A stretch of DNA of 64,000 nt from sequence record NC_041937.1. One strand, 5' to 3'. This document shows positions 27,856-36,599 of the stretch, piece after piece (the first letter of the stretch is position 1; the number at the start of each line of letters is the position of its first letter). The notes below the pieces were generated by a model. It saw only the letters and a program-made list of their open reading frames with translations. It was not told the DNA's origin and did not search any database. Made by a program: the position numbers and the translations under genes. This DNA is from Escherichia phage V18.

Positions 27856-28410
27856 TTACTCCCCGCTGTCAATAGCAAGACTCATTGCAATACGGTATGC
27901 CTCTTCTAATGGTAAGAGTCTCCCCCACACATCCCAACCGACATCAAACTGCCTGCCAAACAACTGCTGTGTGGTTCCGTGAGCATGACCGAACAGTTGG
28001 ACCGATCCGTGAGGCTTTCTGTTCCACTTTGCAAACTGGTAATGGCTCATACAGATCAAATTCTTGTTGTGGCGAAGCTCGTAATAATCTACAACCTCAT
28101 GACCGAACTCTTTCATAATTCTGACAGTCGTCCTTGTGTCATGGTTACCACGAACAAGAATAATATGTCCGTTCAACATATTTAGAACATCTGGGAGCAA
28201 TTTGTTAATATTCTTATCATTAGTGCACGCAATATCTCCTAAGTGAAACACAGTGTCTGCAGGTGACACAACAGAGTTCCACTTGGTGATGATCCCCGCA
28301 TTCATACTGTCAAGATTGTGATCATACTGAGATCTGTGTTTTTGACATGAGTCAAACTCCATGACCCGCTGGTGGAGAAAGTGTGTGTCGCTTGTTACAA
28401 AGTATTTCAT
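27856..28410 (-). CDS. calcineurin-like metallophosphoesterase (putative polynucleotide 3'/2',3'-phosphatase)
   Basis: Start at ATG 28410 (MKYFVTSDTHFLHQ) with GAGGA RBS; motifs DTHF, HLGDIA, RGNHD, GHAH. Confidence 0.65.
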   Translation of the reverse strand: MKYFVTSDTHFLHQRVMEFDSCQKHRSQYDHNLDSMNAGIITKWNSVVSPADTVFHLGDIACTNDKNINKLLPDVLNMLNGHIILVRGNHDTRTTVRIMKEFGHEVVDYYELRHNKNLICMSHYQFAKWNRKPHGSVQLFGHAHGTTQQLFGRQFDVGWDVWGRLLPLEEAYRIAMSLAIDSGE

Positions 28411-28417
28411 ACATTCC

Positions 28418-28828
28418 TCATTTAAGTTTAATGCAGTTTTTAAGCTGGCGTTCCATACGATCCACAACCCTGTCTGGAACATCATGAATGCTTTTACTAC
28501 CATGGCGGTTTTCAACCACGATTACGGTATAACTATACCCATGACTGATCGCCATGTCAATATATTCTTGCACATATTTTTCTTTTGTAAATGTATTACT
28601 TACCACGATACGGTCGTATCCCATACGCATCATATCTTCTACGTTATCTTTGCACCATTTTGCTGCAAGTGTTACTTTACTTGCATCCCAGTTGTAATTT
28701 CCATCATCGTCGTACCAGAACATGTCGTTCTCAAAATGTGGATACAGACCTTCTAAAGATAGCGCACTTGCCAGTGTTGATTTGCCAGACCCTGGTAGAC
28801 CACGCACGATATATAGCATTTTAGACAT
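28418..28828 (-). CDS. P-loop polynucleotide kinase-like protein
   Basis: Start at ATG 28828 (MSKMLYIVRGLPGSGKSTLA) with GGAGG RBS; resembles T4 Pnk kinase domain; stop overlaps phosphatase RBS. Confidence 0.6.
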   Translation of the reverse strand: MSKMLYIVRGLPGSGKSTLASALSLEGLYPHFENDMFWYDDDGNYNWDASKVTLAAKWCKDNVEDMMRMGYDRIVVSNTFTKEKYVQEYIDMAISHGYSYTVIVVENRHGSKSIHDVPDRVVDRMERQLKNCIKLK

Positions 28829-28856
28829 AGTAATCCTCCGTTTTAATTTCAACGAT

Positions 28857-28885
28857 AGTATACCTAACTGTTTTGTTAATTTCAA
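28857..28885 (-). promoter_or_regulatory. sigma70-like promoter for kinase/phosphatase operon
   Basis: Minus strand TTGAAA-N17-TATACT in divergent intergenic region. Confidence 0.4.
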
Positions 28886-28928
28886 GTGTTGACACTAGGT
28901 TATTTGTGTGGCAGGATAGACTGACAAA

Positions 28929-29606
28929 ATGACAAATGAGGAACGTATGATGAAGTATTTTAATGCAGACGACCTAGTTGACAAAGGTCTTGTAACCAGC
29001 AGATATTACACAGATCTTGGGTTAAAGATCTATAAATATGCCAGAAAAGTATTTTACAACAATTTATGGCATTTGTCCCCTCGTTTACTGGAGTGCCGAG
29101 GCATTGTTGTCGGTAATGAAGGAAATGTTGTGGCATGGCCCTTCACAAAAGTGTTTAACTTGGGAGAAAACTCCACCAACCTGTCTGACAATAAGCTTGT
29201 GACGGCGGTAGAGAAAAAGAACGGATTCCTTGGTGTGGTATCATCTCATAAAGGTGAACTATTGTTCTCAACAACCGGATCTCTTGATTCTCCATATTGT
29301 AACCTCGCAAAGGAAACCATCCAGGAGCAATGTGGTAATTTAGATCTTATCAAGAAGGTTATGGGCAATGAAAACATGACATTCATGTTTGAAATTTGTC
29401 ACCCTTCAGATCCGCATATTGTTCAGGAAGATCATGGCGCATATTTGATAGGTTGCAGGTATAATGATTCTGGAATAATGCTACCAGAGGCAGCTTTAGA
29501 TGGGATTGCCAAATACCTTGGTGCAAAACGTCCTCACACTGTGCGTGAAATTCCGTTCAGCTATGCAAAAGAATTGGCTGCAGAAACAAGAGGTGAAGGT
29601 ATATGA
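28929..29606 (+). CDS. putative RNA/DNA ligase-like nucleotidyltransferase
   Basis: 225 aa; candidate motif I lysine in VEKKNGFLGV (KxNG); divergent from kinase/phosphatase operon; assignment tentative. Confidence 0.45.
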   Translation: MTNEERMMKYFNADDLVDKGLVTSRYYTDLGLKIYKYARKVFYNNLWHLSPRLLECRGIVVGNEGNVVAWPFTKVFNLGENSTNLSDNKLVTAVEKKNGFLGVVSSHKGELLFSTTGSLDSPYCNLAKETIQEQCGNLDLIKKVMGNENMTFMFEICHPSDPHIVQEDHGAYLIGCRYNDSGIMLPEAALDGIAKYLGAKRPHTVREIPFSYAKELAAETRGEGI

Positions 29607-29863
29607 TTCGTAAGCCTTACTATCCTTATGATCTGCAGCTGAAGATTAAGTCTCCATACTATCTGGCACGGAAGGCCGTAATGAGGGGTAAAGCTTGGAA
29701 GATTTGGGATGATGATATCTTTAAACGTGTTGACGAAGAGTTTTACGGCATGGTAAACTTCATTCGTAGCAATTACACAGAAGATGTGTGGAACTGCCTC
29801 CTGGAGCAGGAACGCCGTGAGATACTTGACTGCTATTTCCACAACGAGGACTATATGCAATGA
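29603..29863 (+). CDS. hypothetical protein
   Basis: 86 aa ORF translationally coupled to ligase-like gene. Confidence 0.4.
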   Translation: MIRKPYYPYDLQLKIKSPYYLARKAVMRGKAWKIWDDDIFKRVDEEFYGMVNFIRSNYTEDVWNCLLEQERREILDCYFHNEDYMQ

Positions 29864-30042
29864 AGAAGTGGAAAGTTCTTTTTAATCACTCCAGAGAAAC
29901 GTCAAATTATGGGCTCCCAGACGCTATTTGGCTAAAGAATTCCTCCGAGTTTATGGATTTTATTAACGATAATAGAAAGCTCTACAGACGCGTTTCTGAG
30001 TGGCATATGGACAACGACCTTGGAGAGGTGTTCGAAGGGTAA
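29860..30042 (+). CDS. hypothetical small protein
   Basis: 60 aa ORF, start overlaps upstream stop. Confidence 0.25.
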   Translation: MKKWKVLFNHSRETSNYGLPDAIWLKNSSEFMDFINDNRKLYRRVSEWHMDNDLGEVFEG

Positions 30043-30211
30043 GACTGTTTTATTGCGCTTGGAAGAGCTATTTGTATTTGGTAAGCCTCCTGTAGTTGAC
30101 AACGTGAAGATTTTCGTGCATACTTCTAACCCATCAGCGGCTCGTAAATTCATGCTTGCGGCTGACTCGTTTAAAAAGTTTGGAATAGAGATTAAACAAA
30201 ACATCTACTGA
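30020..30211 (+). CDS. hypothetical small protein
   Basis: 63 aa ORF overlapping previous in another frame; may be a frame variant of the same gene. Confidence 0.25.
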   Translation: MERCSKGKTVLLRLEELFVFGKPPVVDNVKIFVHTSNPSAARKFMLAADSFKKFGIEIKQNIY

Positions 30212-30219
30212 GGACACTT

Positions 30220-30921
30220 ATGCGACGACTGATTGTTATCTCCGGTGCTGGTTTGAGTGCTGAATCTGGTATTCCCACTTTCCGATCTGGTAGCACTGCA
30301 ATGTGGGAGAATTTCAGCATCGATGAGGTGTGCAACATCCACACCTTTGCCAAGAACTACTATAAGGTGCATGACTTTTACAATGCACGTCGTGTAGCTT
30401 TAGGCAGTGTTGAGCCTAACCTTGCACATCTTCGGATCGCTGAGTGGTATTCCCGCTGGTCTGGTCGTGTGATCAACCTTACCACCAATGTAGATGATTT
30501 GCTGGAGCGTGCTGGTGTAAAACATGAAGATATTTTACATGTCCACGGGTATTTGCCAGAAATAGTCTATGAGGACGATGAAGGAAGTGACGTCATTAAG
30601 GACATTGGATACTCTGAGGTAGACGCAGGAAAGTATACCTGGGTTAAGCCTAATGTGGTGTTCTTCGGAGAAGTAGCTCCGAAGTATACAGACATGTATG
30701 ACCTGTTGACTTCTCTTACGAGCAATGATATGGTTATCCTTGTAGGGTGCTCCAACACAGTTATCAATTTTAACTGGGAGCATCTAGAGGAGAATGGCAT
30801 TTCACGTAGTGATATTTACCAGTATGAGGATCGCGGCATCCCAGTTTGGTTTAACGGTGCGGTTGATGCCTTCTCTGATAAAACATTCATTGAGACTGTA
30901 GAAAACTTTATGGAACTTTAA
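30220..30921 (+). CDS. Sir2-family (sirtuin-like) NAD-dependent protein
   Basis: GAGLSAESGIPTFRS Rossmann motif, NVDDL and HVHG motifs; no CxxC zinc-binding module; GAGGA RBS. Confidence 0.7.
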   Translation: MRRLIVISGAGLSAESGIPTFRSGSTAMWENFSIDEVCNIHTFAKNYYKVHDFYNARRVALGSVEPNLAHLRIAEWYSRWSGRVINLTTNVDDLLERAGVKHEDILHVHGYLPEIVYEDDEGSDVIKDIGYSEVDAGKYTWVKPNVVFFGEVAPKYTDMYDLLTSLTSNDMVILVGCSNTVINFNWEHLEENGISRSDIYQYEDRGIPVWFNGAVDAFSDKTFIETVENFMEL

Positions 30922-30934
30922 AAGGAGAACTTTA

Positions 30935-31648
30935 ATGCTGAATACTAAATTAATTGACAACCTGGAAAAACTATCCCAACCTGAAAACTACCTTTGGTCT
31001 GCCAACTGGGTGGAAAACTGGAACCGTGTGGCAGCTAAAGTGAAAAAATCATACACACCATTCGAATTACAGCTTAGCTTCATTGAGGAAGAGTTCAATG
31101 AAGTTTTGGAAGAGCTGGAGAAAGGTGATGGTGGAGATCACCTGCTAAAAGAGGCCTGCGATCTTCACGTTGTCACAAGTTATGCCGCTTATCTTGTTAA
31201 TGACAATCACGAAAAGTGGTCAAGCCTGTTTGATAATCCACAGGGTCTTAAGTTCAAGATCGGTGAGTTCTATGATACCCTGATCGCTGCGAAAAACACA
31301 CCTAAGCAAAGAGCGTCAGCTTACCGCTTAGCGGAGTTGTCAACAGCTTTGCTGTTCCAGCTTCGCGGCGATGTGTGCGGGATGATGCGTAAGGTTCTCA
31401 AATCGAATGACAGTAAGTTTGCACGGGTCAACCATCTACGGTATTCACACGGTGCCAGTGCAGATATGCCTGCTGAACAACTCATCGAGTTGGAGATTAA
31501 AGATCTTGAGCGACGCTTTGATGGTAGATATGAAGGTTTTGTTGCTAAGGAAGAGTTCTACAACGGTAATAAAGTTATCATATTCCTTGACAGTAAAGGT
31601 AAGATCATGAAGCCTTCGAGCTTCAAGGATGTAACAGAGTATATTTAA
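30935..31648 (+). CDS. putative MazG-like nucleotide pyrophosphohydrolase domain protein
   Basis: FIEEEFNEVLEELEKGD ... HLLKEACDL resembles the EExxE/D metal-binding helices of MazG-type NTP-PPases; tentative. Confidence 0.4.
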   Translation: MLNTKLIDNLEKLSQPENYLWSANWVENWNRVAAKVKKSYTPFELQLSFIEEEFNEVLEELEKGDGGDHLLKEACDLHVVTSYAAYLVNDNHEKWSSLFDNPQGLKFKIGEFYDTLIAAKNTPKQRASAYRLAELSTALLFQLRGDVCGMMRKVLKSNDSKFARVNHLRYSHGASADMPAEQLIELEIKDLERRFDGRYEGFVAKEEFYNGNKVIIFLDSKGKIMKPSSFKDVTEYI

Positions 31649-31654
31649 CAACAT

Positions 31655-31680
31655 AGCCGGGATTACCCGGCTTTACTTGT
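31655..31680 (+). terminator. terminator candidate
   Basis: AGCCGGG-ATTA-CCCGGCT hairpin then T-rich tail. Confidence 0.4.
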
Positions 31681-31681
31681 T

Positions 31682-32020
31682 GTGGAAAGTATGCAAGTGA
31701 GGAAGATAGTTATGTACAAGCACTCTAGAGATCTTGAAAACGATGCTGTGTTTGGGGATCAGATGAAAGAGTTGGTTAAACTCATAGGCAGGATAGAGGA
31801 TAAGTTTGACACTAAGATCTACATCGACAGCAAAGTATTCAACCACAAAATATGGACAAATCTGTGTGTTGGACTACATGGAGATAAAGATGTGGTAAAT
31901 TTAGTTGTAATTAAGTTCATAGTGTGGCAGAATAAAACTATAAATTATTACGATCCACACCTTCTTGTTTACCCGATAAAAGACCTATTAGATAAGGAGG
32001 ACTGCAGTGCCGTTATTTAA
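31682..32020 (+). CDS. hypothetical protein
   Basis: 112 aa ORF after terminator-like hairpin. Confidence 0.4.
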   Translation: MESMQVRKIVMYKHSRDLENDAVFGDQMKELVKLIGRIEDKFDTKIYIDSKVFNHKIWTNLCVGLHGDKDVVNLVVIKFIVWQNKTINYYDPHLLVYPIKDLLDKEDCSAVI

Positions 32021-32276
32021 TCTTGCTAAACCTGTAGAAGCACACCAGTTTGACGGAAGCTCTTCATCAGTATCTGATCTGCAACGGTGGATTGATACAG
32101 GTGTGTTTACATCGTCACCTGTTCGTACCAGAGATCTTCGTCGCATGTGTGAGCTTGTCGAGCCGTTTGGTAACCTGGTCTTGTACCAGGGAGATTGGTT
32201 AGTTGACTTTATGGGAGACTGGTTGGTAATGAGTAAAGAAGAGATGTTTAACATTTTTAAGGAAGAGGCCGAGTAA
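32007..32276 (+). CDS. hypothetical protein
   Basis: 89 aa ORF coupled to ligase gene (stop overlaps ATG). Confidence 0.4.
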   Translation: MPLFNLAKPVEAHQFDGSSSSVSDLQRWIDTGVFTSSPVRTRDLRRMCELVEPFGNLVLYQGDWLVDFMGDWLVMSKEEMFNIFKEEAE

Positions 32277-33598
32277 TGCATCAGATCAAAACAACACTGT
32301 ACGCACTGAACAAAGATGGCAGCTACCAACAGTGGAAAGTATTCACGGATGGTGATAAGGTTATCGTAGAGTTTGGCAAGCTTGATGGTAAATTGCAATA
32401 CAAAGAGACGATCTGCACACCTAAGAACGTTGGTCGCGCCAATGAAACTACAGCTGAGCAACAGGCCGAGCTGGAAGCGATCAGTAAGTGGGAAAAACAG
32501 GTCCGACTCGGGTACGTGGAGAGTATGGAAGATTGTGAGCAAGGTGTTGATCTTTTACCAATGTTAGTGCATGACTACCTGAAGCGTGGCAAGGCACTTA
32601 AATTACCTTGCTGGATCTTGCGTAAGTTAGATGGCCTTCGTCTACTTGTTGTTTTCCAGAATGGTGAGCCTAAATTTATTTCCCGTGGTAATAAATCCTA
32701 CCCTATTCAAGGAAAGCTTTTGGAGCAACTTCGCTCTTTCCACCTAACCACCGGGATTAAACAGCTCGACGGAGAGCTCTATATTCATGGTCTGCCTCTG
32801 CAGAAAATAGTGTCTCTTGCTAAACGGTGGCGCACACAGGAAGAAATTCAGGCCGAGATCGATAAAGACTACGAGGCAGATAAAAAACGCCGTCAGGCTG
32901 CGATTAAGGCAGGTTTAGCAACATACAAAAACTTCAACAAGATGGATATTCCTGTTGATGTTGATCCTGTTCGTGATGATTTGCGTTACGGAGGGTACTG
33001 CAGCTACGACCTAGAGTATCATATTTTCGATATCCCTAGCGATAAGGTGTGGTGGGATCCTGAAACAGAGTCTGGTCGCTGTAAGGATCTTATGGAGGCA
33101 AACGGTGCTATTACTTCTTTGATGCTTGATCATATTAAGGTTGTTGATGCAGAGCTTGCATATACGGTTGATCGGTGCGAAGAGTCTGTTGGTATATTTA
33201 TGTCTGAAGGATATGAAGGTACCATTATGCGTAACTTCTGTGGTAAATATGAGTATGGTCAGCGAACATCTGAAGCATTGAAATGGAAAAAGTTCAACGA
33301 CGCAGAGGTGAAAGTTATTGACGTTGAGAAAGATAAGAATGATGAAGGTGTTCTTATCTGTGTTGACAAGGAAGGTGTTGTTGTTAAAATGAAGATGAAA
33401 GGCACGCACGAGGAGCGTAGCTATGACAGGATGCAGGAAATGATCGGCAAGTTTGTCACCTTCAAATATCAAGCAAGGACAGAAGACAACAACTACCAAT
33501 TCCCGGAGTGGTGGGATGCTGTATGCGTCAGAAAATCCGCAGAATATGCAAAACATGATGATTCGTTGGAAGAGTGGTTTAATCGGAGGTTTAAATGA
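32276..33598 (+). CDS. ATP-dependent DNA ligase
   Basis: 440 aa; motif I KLDGLR, motif IV EGYEGTIMR, motif V KWKKF. Confidence 0.75.
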   Translation: MHQIKTTLYALNKDGSYQQWKVFTDGDKVIVEFGKLDGKLQYKETICTPKNVGRANETTAEQQAELEAISKWEKQVRLGYVESMEDCEQGVDLLPMLVHDYLKRGKALKLPCWILRKLDGLRLLVVFQNGEPKFISRGNKSYPIQGKLLEQLRSFHLTTGIKQLDGELYIHGLPLQKIVSLAKRWRTQEEIQAEIDKDYEADKKRRQAAIKAGLATYKNFNKMDIPVDVDPVRDDLRYGGYCSYDLEYHIFDIPSDKVWWDPETESGRCKDLMEANGAITSLMLDHIKVVDAELAYTVDRCEESVGIFMSEGYEGTIMRNFCGKYEYGQRTSEALKWKKFNDAEVKVIDVEKDKNDEGVLICVDKEGVVVKMKMKGTHEERSYDRMQEMIGKFVTFKYQARTEDNNYQFPEWWDAVCVRKSAEYAKHDDSLEEWFNRRFK

Positions 33599-34074
33599 AG
33601 CTAGATAAAAATGTACAATTGAGAGCATTTTTTTCGATGATTTCACACTCAGAAGGTACTGACAGGTATGGTGGCGAAGATGCTTCGTACCACATCCTTG
33701 TTGGTGGAAAATACATAGAGGATCTCAGCAGGCATCCCGGTATTTATGTCAAATTAAGACCGGGCCTTACCTCTTCAGCATTTGGCAGATACCAAATTCT
33801 GGAGAAATACGCTAAGCATTACATGAAGCAGCTTGGCTTAAGAGATTTTGGTCCGGCAAGTCAAGATGCCATAGCAAAACAGTTGATCCGCGAATGTAAA
33901 GCCCTTGATGACATTTATGAAGGAAGGATCCGTTCAGCTATCTATAAATGCCGTAGCCGTTGGGCAAGTTTCCCACCACCACCGGGGGCTGGTAAACTGT
34001 ATGATCAGCGTGTAGAAAACATAGAGAAGATGCTGGACGTCTTCCGAAAAGCCGGAGGCACAGTACTGGATTAA
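33595..34074 (+). CDS. endolysin (lambda R-like lytic transglycosylase)
   Basis: Aligns by eye with lambda R: SHSEGTD, ILVGG, SSAFGRYQIL, KQLGLRDFGPASQDAIA, WASFPPPPGAG, KAGGTV. Confidence 0.75.
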   Translation: MKLDKNVQLRAFFSMISHSEGTDRYGGEDASYHILVGGKYIEDLSRHPGIYVKLRPGLTSSAFGRYQILEKYAKHYMKQLGLRDFGPASQDAIAKQLIRECKALDDIYEGRIRSAIYKCRSRWASFPPPPGAGKLYDQRVENIEKMLDVFRKAGGTVLD

Positions 34075-34077
34075 TGG

Positions 34078-34106
34078 TTGACATAACCACACGGACGTGG
34101 TATTGT
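34078..34106 (+). promoter_or_regulatory. sigma70-like promoter
   Basis: TTGACA-N17-TATTGT upstream of ORF 34138. Confidence 0.45.
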
Positions 34107-34137
34107 CACCTCATAAGATGTTCAGGAGGGTTTAACC

Positions 34138-34344
34138 ATGAAAGATTTTCTGTTGGCAATTTTGTTCATGGCGGCATGTCTGGCCTGTGGTGTAGTGTTT
34201 GCAGGTGAAACAGCGTATCTTGTCGATGTATATCGGGACAATGGTAAACGTATTTGCCTTTATGAGACAAGCCAAGGTGAGCTCTACGAGCTTGTGAAAC
34301 AAGGCGAGGCAGGTTCCTGCCCTCGCACCCATTTCTTTGAATAA
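34138..34344 (+). CDS. small secreted/membrane protein (signal peptide or lipoprotein-like)
   Basis: 68 aa; N-terminal hydrophobic segment LLAILFMAACLACGVV; preceded by sigma70-like promoter; could be lysis-associated. Confidence 0.4.
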   Translation: MKDFLLAILFMAACLACGVVFAGETAYLVDVYRDNGKRICLYETSQGELYELVKQGEAGSCPRTHFFE

Positions 34345-34353
34345 GGGGGATAC

Positions 34354-34817
34354 GTGGAAGACGGACGTTTAATGAAGTCTGAACGCAGGCTTATTGTGCA
34401 ACTGATCCCAGAAACAGCTTGGTATAATAACCTCCGAAACGCTGTGAAGGAGAGTGAGTGGGATAAGATCCGCAAGAAGTGCTATAGAGAAGCCAACTAC
34501 ACTTGTGAGGTGTGTGGCGGTAAAGGCAGCAAACACCCAGTGGAGTGTCATGAACTTTACACTTTCGAAGAGGGAGTGATCCGGCTTGTCGGACTGATAG
34601 CGTTGTGCCAGATTGTCACACATCGGTGCATCCTGGGTTAGCAAATATTCGTGGAAAGTATGCTCAGGCAGTTAATCAGTTGGCTAAGGTGAATAAGATC
34701 ACCAAAGGTATGGCAGAGGCGTATTACCGAGACTGCTTTGCAGAGTGGCGTGAGCTTAGTAAAGTTCCAGAGTGGAAGACTGACTTTTCGTGGATAGAGG
34801 GTTACCTTGATGGCTAA
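34354..34817 (+). CDS. HNH-like zinc-finger nuclease, apparent frame change near 34605-34641
   Basis: CEVCGG ... HPVECHE in first ORF; second overlapping ORF begins ...PDCHTSVHPGL (second Cys/His pair); together resemble an HNH nuclease. Confidence 0.4.
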
Positions 34818-35100
34818 GAGATCTGTAAAAGAGAAATTCGATAAGACAGCTTTTGTATTCGATACACCTCTGGACGATATCATCAGAGGTATGCAAGCCT
34901 TGTATCGGAAGGCTGAATCTGAGCAGTTGTCTGAATCAGAACTTTACTGGCTTGGTTGGTGGGAGTTAAACCTGCCTAAAGCTGAAAGTTCTTGTCTGAG
35001 AACTGTTAAAACGTGCGCCCAAGAAAACGCTGCACTTGGAATCTACCACAAAAGGAAAAGATCAACAAAAAGCTCTCCAAGAAAGACTAAAAAGTCTTGA
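34807..35100 (+). CDS. hypothetical protein
   Basis: 97 aa ORF with basic C-terminus. Confidence 0.4.
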   Translation: MMAKRSVKEKFDKTAFVFDTPLDDIIRGMQALYRKAESEQLSESELYWLGWWELNLPKAESSCLRTVKTCAQENAALGIYHKRKRSTKSSPRKTKKS

Positions 35101-35126
35101 CAAAAGTGTTATTAATCTGATATTAT
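35097..35126 (+). promoter_or_regulatory. sigma70-like promoter
   Basis: TTGACA-N18-TATTAT upstream of ORF 35201. Confidence 0.45.
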
Positions 35127-35200
35127 CGGTCAGATATCTATAAACTAGGAGAACTAGATATGCTTAAATTTTTATTGTTGAAGATAAAGATATTGTCCAG

Positions 35201-35467
35201 TTGTATGCAAACGAGAATCATAAAGGTATGATTCTAAAGAAGGCAAGCAACCTTCATGAAAACACAATTCAACCTGGTGATGTAATTAAGATCTGTGGTT
35301 ATATGATACCAGACTCCTTGATGAAAATAACCCACCACTGGGGGTCTAATCCGTTCCTTTTTGAAAAGTATTGGGATGTTGAGTCACTTATTGCAGAGAG
35401 TGATGATGCCTTCCATTGCAGCATCCAACCATCTTGCAGAATAACTAACAGGAGGGTCTTTGAGTAG
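35201..35467 (+). CDS. hypothetical protein
   Basis: 88 aa ORF downstream of promoter 35097-35126. Confidence 0.35.
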   Translation: MYANENHKGMILKKASNLHENTIQPGDVIKICGYMIPDSLMKITHHWGSNPFLFEKYWDVESLIAESDDAFHCSIQPSCRITNRRVFE

Positions 35468-36599
35468 AGAATATCCACTTATTGAGTCCATAGATTGTCT
35501 GGCTGATCTTCTTGAACCTGACGCTATAGTTTATTATGACTTCGATCAGGTTGCATATCAAGCTGCAGCAAGTTGTGAAAAAAGGACAATTGAGGTAACA
35601 CACAAAGCCTCCGGACGTAAGAAGATGTTTAAAACACGAACAGAGTTCTGGGGGCGGCAGAAGAACACCGTTGGTGGTTGGTTAAAAGCTGAGAATACCA
35701 ACCGTGAAGCTGCATGTAAAAAGGCTGGCAAGGAGTTTATTCCGTGGACACGAGAAGATTTCGATGTCTTGGATATCCAAACCCCTGATCCTGTAGAGAA
35801 CTGCTTGCACACAATTAAGTGTAAAGCCAATGCAGTCCTTAATTATCTCGGTATTCCGGAAGATCGGTGCGTGGGGGTACTTGGAGGCACAGGTAATTTC
35901 AGACTAGATCTTCCCATGCCGGAAAGATATAAAGCCAACCGTAACAATACTCTTCGACCACTGCTGCTTGGAGATGCAAGACAGTATCTCCAAAAGCAGT
36001 ATAATGCTCAAGTGATCAACGGTATCGAGGCTGACGACTGGTTAGCTATCCAGCAATTTGAAGGTTGGAACCACTACCAAAAAACAGGTAAGTTCAACAA
36101 GTTTATTATCTCTATTGATAAGGACCAAAGAACACTACCGGGGCTTGTGTTCGATCCCATGCGAAACGATAAGGGAGATTTTGTAAGGGAAACCCCTATG
36201 CTGATCGATAACGGTATGGGGAACATCTTCATGAAGCCTAATGGAGAGGTTGGTGGTTACGGAATGCTGTTCTTCGGATACCAAATGCTGTGTGGTGACT
36301 CTGCTGACAACATCAAGCCGTATCAAGGACTTATCGGTAAGGGTAAGTTCGGAGATGCCTCAGCATTCTACCTACTGTCTCAGTGCAGCACTCCAAAGGA
36401 GATGTGGGTGGCTATTATTGATCAGTACAAGAAGTGGTTCCCGAAAGGTGTTGTTAAGTATACTGACTTCAATGGTATTGATCGTAGAATTTCCGTAGGT
36501 CAATGGATGAGTATAATTTTTGACTGTTTGTATATGAAGCGAACATTCAATGATCAAACAAAACTTGTTAACGTTCTTAGAAATGTTGGAGCAATTTGA
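35460..36599 (+). CDS. 5'-3' exonuclease / flap endonuclease (FEN/RNase H-like)
   Basis: 379 aa; GIEADDWLAI and IISIDKD acidic motifs typical of phage 5'-exonucleases. Confidence 0.6.
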   Translation: MSREYPLIESIDCLADLLEPDAIVYYDFDQVAYQAAASCEKRTIEVTHKASGRKKMFKTRTEFWGRQKNTVGGWLKAENTNREAACKKAGKEFIPWTREDFDVLDIQTPDPVENCLHTIKCKANAVLNYLGIPEDRCVGVLGGTGNFRLDLPMPERYKANRNNTLRPLLLGDARQYLQKQYNAQVINGIEADDWLAIQQFEGWNHYQKTGKFNKFIISIDKDQRTLPGLVFDPMRNDKGDFVRETPMLIDNGMGNIFMKPNGEVGGYGMLFFGYQMLCGDSADNIKPYQGLIGKGKFGDASAFYLLSQCSTPKEMWVAIIDQYKKWFPKGVVKYTDFNGIDRRISVGQWMSIIFDCLYMKRTFNDQTKLVNVLRNVGAI

